Below, in pieces: positions 46,491 through 55,063 of a stretch of DNA of 64,000 bases. The notes under the pieces were generated by a model that worked only from the letters and a program-made list of their open reading frames with translations, was not told where the DNA came from and searched no databases. The position numbers and the translations under genes were made by a program. Source of the stretch: a virus (lineage: Duplodnaviria; Caudoviricetes); IMG/VR virus record IMGVR_UViG_2887198475_000002; one strand, written 5' to 3'. Numbering within the stretch: the stretch's first letter is position 1; each line of letters begins with the position of its first letter.

Positions 46491-46802
46491 TCAAGCTCCG
46501 CCGCGAAATCGGTCCTCCGCTACGCGGAGCGCGCCAAATACCTTCCAGAGTTCCGCAGACACGTCCCTGTCCAGAGGATCAAGGTATTCCACGTTCCAGC
46601 CGGCGGGAGCCTCTTTAATCAGGACGATCAGCGTCGCCATCGCAAGGCTGATGTCTTTCAGGTCCGGATCGTCGGTCGGCCCGCCTGTGATCCGCACGGC
46701 CTCGGCCTGGATGCGGATCTGATCGCGGATCAGACGCTTGCGGAATACGAAATGGCCGACGCCTGGGACATCGACCGGATAGGTGCGCTCTGCGGCTTGC
46801 AT
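46491..46802 (-). CDS. Tail assembly chaperone (G-like)
   Basis: Between tube and tape measure; ends DRFRGGA. Confidence 0.7.
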   Translation of the reverse strand: MQAAERTYPVDVPGVGHFVFRKRLIRDQIRIQAEAVRITGGPTDDPDLKDISLAMATLIVLIKEAPAGWNVEYLDPLDRDVSAELWKVFGALRVAEDRFRGGA

Positions 46803-46831
46803 GGGAAAGCCCGTCCCTTGTGAGAGGGACG

Positions 46832-46849
46832 AGCTTTTTCGTCACGACC
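46832..46849 (-). promoter_or_regulatory. Late promoter motif copy 8 (chaperone)
   Basis: GGTCGTGACG-AA-AAAGCT; hairpin 46806-46837. Confidence 0.8.
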
Positions 46850-46908
46850 TGACGCGCGCTATGCTGGGAGCGGCGCCAGCTTACCCAGGCGTCGCAACCG
46901 CAGGGGGA

Positions 46909-47361
46909 TTAAAGGCCCTGACCGCGCACATCCAGGGCGCGGAACTGACCGGATTGCATCGTGATCCGGTGCGCCGTGATGTCCACGTCGCCGCTGTCGA
47001 ACGAGCAGCCGATGATCTCGCGCAGGATTTCGCCGGCGCCGATCGCCCGGGGGCCGGGACCGCCCTTGGACAGAATGACGATGTCAAAGATCAGCGCCCG
47101 CATCACGGCTTCGCCGTTCTCGTTCATCTGCGCGAGTTCGGAGCGAAGATTTTGCCTGACAAGCGCCATATTAGAGATACTGACGGAATGCACGGCCTTG
47201 GAAGGGACATGCTCCACGACATGGATGTCGCCGATTCCAGAAGCATCTTCAAGGCCATAGTTGTCCGACAGGCGAACGGACTGGATCAGGCCGATAACCC
47301 TGTCGTCCACGCGGACCTCAATGCGGTTGCCGCTGAACGTTTGATGATTCTCGCGAGGCAT
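46909..47361 (-). CDS. Tail tube protein (Twort/K-like)
   Basis: QTFSGNRIEV..IGLIQS...NYG..GIGDIHVVEHV; follows the sheath. Confidence 0.85.
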   Translation of the reverse strand: MPRENHQTFSGNRIEVRVDDRVIGLIQSVRLSDNYGLEDASGIGDIHVVEHVPSKAVHSVSISNMALVRQNLRSELAQMNENGEAVMRALIFDIVILSKGGPGPRAIGAGEILREIIGCSFDSGDVDITAHRITMQSGQFRALDVRGQGL

Positions 47362-47423
47362 ACTCTATGCTCCTCTGCGGAGCGCGGCTGCCCACCGCGC
47401 CCGCCTGTGCGGTTGCGGTGCTG

Positions 47424-49163
47424 TTAAGTCAGGGTCGCCGTGCCGCTGTAGGGCGTCACGGAGATACCAACGGTGGTGAAGTTATTCGGAATAACGGGCG
47501 AGCATTGGAAGGTGATGCCCGTCACGTCACCGTTGATGCTTGCAGCAAGGTTTTTGTAAGCTGGGCTTTTCGTGTCGCCAACAAGGATGCCAGGGCCGGC
47601 CGGCTCCTCTTTGGCGAGATAGTCCAGCACCGTCCGCGTGATGGACAGCCCGCGCGACATGAGAGACGGGCTGGCCTTCTGACCGCGCAGCACATCGAGG
47701 GCTTTGCGCACGCTGCGGGCAACATAATCGACCGCAGAGCCGCAGGAGTTCTCGACGCGGTTGTAATTGTCGTCGGACAGCCACGTCGAGATGTCGCGCA
47801 CGACCTTGAACCCGTCCTCCCCCGCGTTCTCCACGACGCAGATGCCGAACCGGATCAGCTCGTCAGTATCGACGGGGTTGCGCGCCTCGAACTCAAGCCC
47901 GCCGACACGGACCGGCTTGTTGGTCAGGCTCGTGCCCGGGTTTACGCCGGCCGCCATCGCCGCCAAAAGAACAGCGGTCATGTAGCCCGGCAGCACCACC
48001 CGGTTGCCGCGGTTGTCGAAGTCATAGTGCGCCGGCCAGCAGAAAGAGGTCCGGTCGGAGCCGATCGCGGCCGCGAGCGACTTGGCCTCTTCCATATCGG
48101 TCCCGGCCGGGCCGCCAACACGCGCGCGCCGCTCGCGCTGCCCCGCATCGCTCATGAAGATGCAATGCGCATCCACCATCGCGTGAACCGCCGAGTCGGC
48201 GGAGAGCGGGACGATGTGCTGGATGTCCAGCCGCTCGCAGGCGTCGATGGCGGTTGACCAGTCCTCGTTCGTCACGGCCGGATCAGCCGCGCCGGTGAGG
48301 AAGGTCCAGGCGACGTTTGCCGGCGGCGAACCGGCGCCGGTGGCGCGCTCGCCAATCGCAAGGCCGGAGGCCGGGCTGTTCAGCCAGTCCACCACGGCCT
48401 GCAAGTCCCCCTTGACGGTGAACGAGGCGGTTTTCACGTCCTGGGCGGTCACGAAGTCCAGGGCGGACGCCGCGCGAAGCAGCTCGGAGCCGGAAGCAGG
48501 CGTTGCGGAGAAGCCGGCGACGGCGTTGATGCGGTCGCAGACCTCCTGAATGGTCGGGAAGTCCTCGAAGGCGATCGTCGCGCGGACCGCGGCCGTGCCG
48601 GCGTCGGCGCCCGACTTGAGGACAACGTTCGCGCCCGCCACAGTGATGTTCGCCACCGCATCAGCGCCGGTGTAGTGGACGCTGAAGGCGTTCCGCGCGA
48701 GGTTGTCGCCAACGCTGTATTCGTTGCCGGCCTGCACGGTGATCTTCTTGCCGCGCAGGGTGCCGGCCTCGACCTTCGCGCGAATGGTGTTGGCCGGGAT
48801 GCCATAGAGCTTCGAGCGCAGCACGATGGAATCGGCCGCCGAGCCATCCTTGAGGGTCAGGCTGGAACGGGTCGCCTGACCGACGCGGATCAGCGTCAGG
48901 GTGCGCGGCCCGCCCGTGGCAGAGCTGGGGCCGAACGCCTTGCGGGCGGCAACCAGCAATTCGCCACCGCGCACCTTGCGCTTGGCGTCCTCGGGGGACT
49001 GGACCCGGATGGGCACGTTCGGCTGGCCGCCATCGGCGCGGCCGACAATGACCATGTCATTGCCAACCGCGGGGTTCCGCGGCGACATGTCCTCGTCATT
49101 GACCTGGGAGAACGTGCCCGGCGTATAGTGCAGAATGCCGTTGAAAAAGACACTGGAAGCCAC
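47424..49163 (-). CDS. Contractile tail sheath protein
   Basis: IVGRADGGQPN...GGELL.A, SKLYG..AN.I, SLTNKPV; 579 aa. Confidence 0.9.
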   Translation of the reverse strand: MASSVFFNGILHYTPGTFSQVNDEDMSPRNPAVGNDMVIVGRADGGQPNVPIRVQSPEDAKRKVRGGELLVAARKAFGPSSATGGPRTLTLIRVGQATRSSLTLKDGSAADSIVLRSKLYGIPANTIRAKVEAGTLRGKKITVQAGNEYSVGDNLARNAFSVHYTGADAVANITVAGANVVLKSGADAGTAAVRATIAFEDFPTIQEVCDRINAVAGFSATPASGSELLRAASALDFVTAQDVKTASFTVKGDLQAVVDWLNSPASGLAIGERATGAGSPPANVAWTFLTGAADPAVTNEDWSTAIDACERLDIQHIVPLSADSAVHAMVDAHCIFMSDAGQRERRARVGGPAGTDMEEAKSLAAAIGSDRTSFCWPAHYDFDNRGNRVVLPGYMTAVLLAAMAAGVNPGTSLTNKPVRVGGLEFEARNPVDTDELIRFGICVVENAGEDGFKVVRDISTWLSDDNYNRVENSCGSAVDYVARSVRKALDVLRGQKASPSLMSRGLSITRTVLDYLAKEEPAGPGILVGDTKSPAYKNLAASINGDVTGITFQCSPVIPNNFTTVGISVTPYSGTATLT

Positions 49164-49201
49164 GGAGTTGCGCTCCTGCGTTCAGAGTTGCGATCAGGCG
49201 A

Positions 49202-49495
49202 TCAGGCGGTCGGGCGACGCCGGAAGCCGACGAACCGGGCGCGATAGGCGGCTTCCGTGTCGCGGAGGCGTCCCGCGGCCTTCTCTTCGGCGTGGAAGGC
49301 AGAGACGAGCGTTGCAGAGCGGATGCCCTGCGAGATCGCTGCTGCGGCTTCCTCAAGGGAGACAAGCGGCGCTTCATCGGCTACGGGAGCCGGCGCCGGA
49401 CCGGCCGTGGTCGGCTTCGCCTTGGGCGCCGGGGCATCGGACGCTGCGGCGGTTTCTTCCGCCGCAGCCGCGGCAGGAGTTGGGTTCTTAGCCAT
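49202..49495 (-). CDS. Small hypothetical protein before the sheath
   Basis: MAKNPTP..., SD GAAGG. Confidence 0.55.
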   Translation of the reverse strand: MAKNPTPAAAAAEETAAASDAPAPKAKPTTAGPAPAPVADEAPLVSLEEAAAAISQGIRSATLVSAFHAEEKAAGRLRDTEAAYRARFVGFRRRPTA

Positions 49496-50363
49496 TGCCT
49501 TCGTTGCTCTCCTGAGAAGGGAAGAAAGCGGACGCGGACACTTCCACGTCCCTGATCGGCCCCACGCGATGCGACGCATAGGACGGCGCGATGCACGAGA
49601 ACTGCCCCACCGACATGAACAGAATCGCGTTGCTGTTCTTCGGCCCTTCGTCCTCGTGGTCGGACAGCGAGAACTCGACTTGATCCAGGCCCGCGGCCTT
49701 GAAAACAGGCAGGTTCGCGATGACGATGCGCTTGATGGCGCGGCGCAACGCGATGCGCTCGTCCCCGTTCAAGGAGACGGCGACGACGCGCAGCACCACG
49801 CGCGAGAGCCAGCCTTCGCCATCGTCCCAGCCCACGCCCTCGATCACCTCGCCGTCGCCGAACGACTCCCCGATGCCGCGGTAGGCGGGCAGGTCGCTTT
49901 CGAGGTGGACGGACACGCAGGGAAAGGTGACGTGCTCGACCATCGCGAAGGGCGCGGTCACGACCTGAATCTTGCCGGACTGCGGCAGCAGCGCCCCGCG
50001 CTGCACTTCGGTCTTGAGCCCCGCTTCGAGCCGGTCGCGAAGGACCGTCTGCGGGTCCGCATCGTCGCCGGCATAGGACGCCTGGGGCACCCCCTGGCCT
50101 TCGTCATGGCCGATCCAGGCGCCGGTGCGGCCCCGGTAATAGACGCGGTAGTGGTAGGTCGCCCCGTTGGACAGCCCCTTGGCGTCCATCACCACGTTCG
50201 CGTCGGTCCGGTCCACGACCATGGCCGCCCCGGGATCGTCCGGCCCGGTGAAGGCCGCCGGGTTCGTGCGACGAAGCACGCGCCAGCTCGTCGCCTCGTT
50301 CGGAGGCGTGAGATAGAGGCGCAGCGCGCCGCCGGCCATGAGTGTTTCGATGTACGAAATCAT
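49488..50363 (-). CDS. Neck/tail terminator-like protein
   Basis: FPCVSVHLESD..YRGIGE; position upstream of the sheath. Confidence 0.6.
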   Translation of the reverse strand: MISYIETLMAGGALRLYLTPPNEATSWRVLRRTNPAAFTGPDDPGAAMVVDRTDANVVMDAKGLSNGATYHYRVYYRGRTGAWIGHDEGQGVPQASYAGDDADPQTVLRDRLEAGLKTEVQRGALLPQSGKIQVVTAPFAMVEHVTFPCVSVHLESDLPAYRGIGESFGDGEVIEGVGWDDGEGWLSRVVLRVVAVSLNGDERIALRRAIKRIVIANLPVFKAAGLDQVEFSLSDHEDEGPKNSNAILFMSVGQFSCIAPSYASHRVGPIRDVEVSASAFFPSQESNEGNG

Positions 50364-50370
50364 CGTCCGC

Positions 50371-50387
50371 AGCTTTCCGTCACGACC
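50371..50387 (-). promoter_or_regulatory. Late promoter motif copy 9 (leaderless; tail operon)
   Basis: GGTCGTGACG-G-AAAGCT; ATG 50363. Confidence 0.8.
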
Positions 50388-50402
50388 TGCCCCGCGGAGG
50401 CC

Positions 50403-51299
50403 CTATTCGGAGCCAGATCCCAGGTGGCGCCGCATGTCGCGCGCGACGGCGGCCGCGAATGCCTTCTCGGCGTCGGGCTGGATCTCCTGGGCCGTGGTCC
50501 GCGCCGGGTGCAGCCCCGGCCGGGCGGGCGCCTGCCAGCCAGAACTCCACTCGCCCATGACCCTGAACGTCAGGCTCTTGCTGTGCGAGCTGCCGCCGCG
50601 GCCGCCGGGCTTCCTGAACTGGACCATCCCCTCCATGCGGCGGGCCGCCTGCCCGGTCACGCCCAGGGACGCCAGCGTGTCCTTGTCCAGCCGCGTGCCC
50701 CATTGGTAATCGCGCTGGCGGACCTGCACGACCTGCCCGCGCTCCGTGCGCCAGCTCTGCCCGCCGCCGCTGCGCCAGCCGATCGCCCCGGTGCCTGAAT
50801 CGCGCCAGCCCAGCCCCGTGACCTGGGACGGCTTCTGGCTATGCCACCAGTTCTGTACCGCCTCCGGCATCTCGTGCCGGCCGGCTGCCGCGACCGTCCC
50901 CTCTCCGAACCACCGGAACGGGATGATCAGATACCGCTGCCCCTTGTGCGCCCCGTTCTGCACCACCCGGGTCTTGAGCGAGCTGCCCAGGATGCGCTTC
51001 ATGTCCCGGGCCGGGGCGCCCTCCTCGATCGCCCAGGCGTAGGCTAAATCGCTGTAGACCTCGGCGCCGAAAGGCCCCGTCTGCTGCAACTGGATGCTGC
51101 GCAGGTAGGTGCCAGAGCGCGGCTCGATCGTGCCGCCGCCGGGCAGCGGCGCCCCGGAGGCATAGTCCTGCCACTTCGCATGCGCCGCTTCCGAGACGGC
51201 CCGCACCGCCTGGGCCAGCGACGGGAACAGCTCCGCGGTCAGGGGCGACCTGTCCGAGATCAGGTGCCCCATGTCCACGCTGATCCGAAAGCCGGTCAT
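50403..51299 (-). CDS. Tail completion/neck protein
   Basis: TYLRSI, YAWAIEEG..ARDMK, YLIIPFR, TFRVM. Confidence 0.6.
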   Translation of the reverse strand: MTGFRISVDMGHLISDRSPLTAELFPSLAQAVRAVSEAAHAKWQDYASGAPLPGGGTIEPRSGTYLRSIQLQQTGPFGAEVYSDLAYAWAIEEGAPARDMKRILGSSLKTRVVQNGAHKGQRYLIIPFRWFGEGTVAAAGRHEMPEAVQNWWHSQKPSQVTGLGWRDSGTGAIGWRSGGGQSWRTERGQVVQVRQRDYQWGTRLDKDTLASLGVTGQAARRMEGMVQFRKPGGRGGSSHSKSLTFRVMGEWSSGWQAPARPGLHPARTTAQEIQPDAEKAFAAAVARDMRRHLGSGSE

Positions 51300-51958
51300 G
51301 TGCGCGGACCGATGTTGCCGAACAACTGGAAGCGCCGGGCCGCCACGCGCCGGGGCAGCGGCAGGCCGCCATGGTGCGCTCTGTCCTGCGGCAGCTCGAT
51401 CAGCAGAAAATACTCAGGGCGGCGCCGGCCGACGATGCTGAACTGCTGTCCCGGCTCCGGCGCGTTGGCGCCGGCGGCCCAGGAGAGCGTGCCATCCGGA
51501 GCTGCGACGGGGGCGTCCCCCTCCACGATCGCATCCCCGGCCCCGAGCCAGAAGCAGCGGTCAATCTGCACTACCAGCCCGTCGCGCACGCATGCCGGCG
51601 CGTCCGTGCCATCGTGCGTCAGCACGAGCTGGAACGGCTCAGACGAGTCCATCATCAGGATTCGATCATGCTCGCCGGCGGCGAACAGAGGCGAGGCCCC
51701 GGGGATCGTCAGCACCACATCGCCAGATTCCCAGCGCCCGAACGCCGCATACTCCCGGGCCAGCTTCATGCCGGAGAGGCCGGTCCATGCGGGGATGGGA
51801 TCGCCCCATATCGTGCCAAGGCCGCGGCAGCGCAGGCAGCCGTAGCGCCCCTGCCCCGTGTTCGGGTCGCGGCAGGGGCACGGCGCGGCGCGGCGCCAGG
51901 ACACACGCTGCCCCAGATCGCGGAGCATCCGGTCGAATCTGGCCGGAGACAGCCGCAT
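51296..51958 (-). CDS. Head closure/neck protein
   Basis: GQRVSWRRAAPCPC...CLRCRGLG, similar to Twort-type neck proteins. Confidence 0.65.
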   Translation of the reverse strand: MRLSPARFDRMLRDLGQRVSWRRAAPCPCRDPNTGQGRYGCLRCRGLGTIWGDPIPAWTGLSGMKLAREYAAFGRWESGDVVLTIPGASPLFAAGEHDRILMMDSSEPFQLVLTHDGTDAPACVRDGLVVQIDRCFWLGAGDAIVEGDAPVAAPDGTLSWAAGANAPEPGQQFSIVGRRRPEYFLLIELPQDRAHHGGLPLPRRVAARRFQLFGNIGPRT

Positions 51959-51959
51959 G

Positions 51960-52736
51960 CTACAGCCTGCCCATCACAACGCCGCCGATCAACTGCCGGA
52001 GGCGGGCCAGCTTCTTCTCGATGATGTCCTCGTATTTCGAGGTGTCCATCGACAGGGACTGTGAAAGGCCGTCCGCGGAGACGGAACCGGAAGCCGGGAA
52101 GAACTGATCCTCGACCACGCCCAACACCGCCATCTTCTTGACCACGTCCAGCAGGTCGGGATGCTCCTCCGCCGCATTCTTCAAGCCGGCTCGGTAGCGG
52201 ACCTGAATGGAGAGGGGCATGGCGGAGGCAAAGCCGATCGCGGACAACACGAACCCGCCGAGCTGACCCTGCATGTAGGTCCCGACCGGCACGAACTGCG
52301 CCACACCGTATTTTCGATCGAGCCGTAGCCATTGCACCGGCACGTCGAAAATCGGGTTTTCGGTGCCCGGGTAGACGAACTTGAGGCCATGGACCTTGAT
52401 GACTGGCCGATGGCGGAGCCGCAGAGCACCCCAGGTCCCGGCGGAAAACAGGGCCGGGTCGAAGTCATAGCCGGGCTCCGGGACAACCGCTTCCCCGGCG
52501 TCGCGGAGCGCCTGGATCTCGGCCTCCGGCGTGTCCTGCGGCACCACTTCCCGCGGTGTCAGAAAGGTGCGCAGCGCCTTAGACGCCTGGGCTTCGGCCG
52601 ACAGGAGCTTGCCCCACAGGTAGTCATCGCTGGTTTCCACGTCGGGGAACAGGTTCTGCGAGACAGCCAGCAGACGGTCCCGCCGCATCTCGGCGAGGAC
52701 CACAGCCCGGTCCGCAAAGAGCGTTAGGACCGGCAT
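51960..52736 (-). CDS. Head-tail adaptor protein
   Basis: LRHRPV..V, VRYRAG, SVSADGLSQSLS. Confidence 0.7.
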   Translation of the reverse strand: MPVLTLFADRAVVLAEMRRDRLLAVSQNLFPDVETSDDYLWGKLLSAEAQASKALRTFLTPREVVPQDTPEAEIQALRDAGEAVVPEPGYDFDPALFSAGTWGALRLRHRPVIKVHGLKFVYPGTENPIFDVPVQWLRLDRKYGVAQFVPVGTYMQGQLGGFVLSAIGFASAMPLSIQVRYRAGLKNAAEEHPDLLDVVKKMAVLGVVEDQFFPASGSVSADGLSQSLSMDTSKYEDIIEKKLARLRQLIGGVVMGRL

Positions 52737-53174
52737 TTAGTTGTCGATCTGGATGCTGATCTGTCCGGCCAGGAACTGCGGCGCGGCATCGCCGGAGTTG
52801 ACCGTTTTCGAGGTGGTGAGCGCGCCATACCAATGCAGATTGCCGCCGGTCGCCGCGTCCCAGACGCCCCAATGCGTGATGTTGCCCCAATTGGCCGTGG
52901 GGACGGCGAAGTTCACAGCGATGGCGTTGGTGGTGGTGCCGTTGGTGCCGGAGCTGTTGCCGGAGGTCGAGCCGTGGGTGCCGTTCCAGCTCGCCGTGGC
53001 GCGGGAGACGGACACGCGGGCATATCCGGCGCCCGTGACCTCGGTGCCGGGGCCAGTATCGGAGGGAGCCGCCGTCATGAGGCCGATGTAGAGATTCGTC
53101 GGCAACGTCGGCGCGACGCCGCGGAAATAGTAGTCGATGAGGATGTTTTCGAGGGTATCGGTCATGGCCGTCAT
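52737..53174 (-). CDS. Small virion structural (decoration/fibre-base) protein
   Basis: LEN.LID, LYIGL.TA.P.D..GTEVTG.GYARV, WG.ITHWGVWDAATGGNL. Confidence 0.75.
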   Translation of the reverse strand: MTAMTDTLENILIDYYFRGVAPTLPTNLYIGLMTAAPSDTGPGTEVTGAGYARVSVSRATASWNGTHGSTSGNSSGTNGTTTNAIAVNFAVPTANWGNITHWGVWDAATGGNLHWYGALTTSKTVNSGDAAPQFLAGQISIQIDN

Positions 53175-53224
53175 AGGCGGAATCCCCTGATTGCGCCGGG
53201 ACTTCCCCGCCGCGCTGCCGGTTC

Positions 53225-53241
53225 AGGATTCCGTCACGACC
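53225..53241 (-). promoter_or_regulatory. Late promoter motif copy 10 (neck operon)
   Basis: GGTCGTGACG-G-AATCCT; pairing 53178-53233. Confidence 0.8.
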
Positions 53242-53525
53242 AACAGAAAGGTCGCGCCATAGCCACGGAAGCTGGGCTCACGTTAAGTGAAACAAAATAG
53301 GAATAAATGCTGGTTTGCTGTTGGTCATCGTGAACCACGCATACTTTATAACGTTAATTATCGATGTATGTGGATGTCCTACTCGCAATGTTTCAATCCA
53401 AAATTTTGACTTCGATATAGAAAATAATTTTGTTGGCGACACAAGCGCTGCGCATGGCTATAATTTTAATCTGCAATGTTGCAAAAATACTAGTAATACA
53501 GCATACAAATCTACAAGGCATAACA

Positions 53526-53963
53526 ATGCGAGATAAATATATATTAATAAGTGATACAGAATTTGGTTTAAACCCTGCACGTAAATGCAAAACAACTTTT
53601 GTTGCTTTTAGCATTTACATTATTTCGTGTTTTTTAAGTTTAAATGGCATGGCTCAAACGGCGGATGAACGCTGGTTTGCTATAGGAATTTTGAGAGGTG
53701 CATCAAAAGTTCTAGGACCATTCAAGGCTTTGGACGATTGTGAGACGTCACGAAAAGCTGAGGCGGCAAAATTTTACAATCTTTATAAATCTTCTGCTCA
53801 GAAGATCCCCGCGATGGAAAAGCGGACTGTGAAAGCTGCGGGCGATGGACGAGCAGCGCTTCTAACTGCACGCGCTGAACTAGAAGATCTCATGGCCACT
53901 ACGTCTGCCTATCAGGCCATTGCAACTCTTTGGGATACAGGTGCAATCTGTGAGCGGCGCTGA
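53526..53963 (+). CDS. Moron gene 1, putative exported protein (start uncertain)
   Basis: AT-rich, opposite strand; hydrophobic segment ending SLNGMA|QT. Confidence 0.5.
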   Translation: MRDKYILISDTEFGLNPARKCKTTFVAFSIYIISCFLSLNGMAQTADERWFAIGILRGASKVLGPFKALDDCETSRKAEAAKFYNLYKSSAQKIPAMEKRTVKAAGDGRAALLTARAELEDLMATTSAYQAIATLWDTGAICERR

Positions 53964-53996
53964 TCCTAGCATGAGGAAGCGCCAGGGTTCGGCTTC

Positions 53997-54362
53997 ATGA
54001 AACCGTTGCATTGGATCATCATCGTTGGGGTGAGCGCTTTCTTGCCGACTAACGTTCAGGCGGCGAAAGAAGTAAATAATCACAAAATTATAGGCATGGG
54101 CAGCGTCAGTTGCATAAATTGGTTAATGTCAAGAACAAAGAAAACCGAAATTATAGCTCAATGGTCCGATCTTTCTGAGCAATGGGTGTTAGGCTATATT
54201 TCTGGAATAGGATGGACAGAAAAATTTGGTGATCCTTTAGCTAAAGTAAATGCTAACGATGTTTGGAATTGGATCGACCATTACTGCACAAATCATTTTG
54301 ATAGCAAATTAAGTGATGCAGCAAACGAGTTCATTTTTAAGCACGCAACACAGAATCGATAA
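53997..54362 (+). CDS. Moron gene 2, secreted two-cysteine helical protein (Rap1a/HdeA-like pattern)
   Basis: Signal peptide ending VQA; GMGSVSC..W, WVLGYISG, WIDHYC....KLSDAA. Confidence 0.65.
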   Translation: MKPLHWIIIVGVSAFLPTNVQAAKEVNNHKIIGMGSVSCINWLMSRTKKTEIIAQWSDLSEQWVLGYISGIGWTEKFGDPLAKVNANDVWNWIDHYCTNHFDSKLSDAANEFIFKHATQNR

Positions 54363-54480
54363 CATTTCCTTCTCCGTGATGGATGCTGTCAGTTCGTCGG
54401 CTTATGGTGGGACCAGCATCCGTTTTATGGCGAGATCCCAAAGGGGCCTGGGGAAGGGCGCCCCAGGCCAAGCAACCAAA

Positions 54481-54768
54481 TCAGGCTGTTGGGACCTCTT
54501 TGGCGTGGGCCTTGCCTCCGCGCCGAGCCTTGCCATCCGCCACGGCCTCGCTGTCGCTGGCCGGGGCCGGGGCCGGTGGCGGGGCAGGCTCCGGCTCGGG
54601 TTCGTCCAGGGAGACGATCTGAAAGCCAGGGATGCCACCGAACAACAGCTCCGCGCGCTCCTGCGGAAGCTCCTCGGAAATCATCGCGCCCCGATCGCGG
54701 ACGAACTTTACGTCGCTGATCGTCTCGGCCGCGTGCGGCAGAGTGCAGATCACTCGCGCCGCGGTCAT
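54481..54768 (-). CDS. Hypothetical head-region protein
   Basis: ATGA-coupled to 54765-55001. Confidence 0.55.
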   Translation of the reverse strand: MTAARVICTLPHAAETISDVKFVRDRGAMISEELPQERAELLFGGIPGFQIVSLDEPEPEPAPPPAPAPASDSEAVADGKARRGGKAHAKEVPTA

Positions 54769-55001
54769 GCGTTCTTCCGATCCTCCGGCAGCTTCACGGC
54801 GGCCGGCAGCGCCAGGGTCGAGACATAGTCGGTTGCCCCAACACCGGAATCTCCGTCCAGCTTCGCCAGCAGGGCCGCGATCACGGCGCGCTGGGCGTTG
54901 ACGGTGGTGATCAGGTCATAGACCACATCGCCCAGGGAGGCGGCATGAGCCGCCGGGTGGGAGTTGTTCAGCTCCGCGCGCAAGCTGCGTCGGCGTGGCA
55001 T
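54765..55001 (-). CDS. Small head decoration/fibre-like protein
   Basis: Directly after the capsid; SD AAAGGA; ALLAKLD.D.GV..TDY motif. Confidence 0.6.
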   Translation of the reverse strand: MPRRRSLRAELNNSHPAAHAASLGDVVYDLITTVNAQRAVIAALLAKLDGDSGVGATDYVSTLALPAAVKLPEDRKNA

Positions 55002-55063
55002 CGTTCGTTCATCCTTTCAGCGTGAGGGGGAGGCCGGCGACCTCCCCCTTACCGATCCGCAGC

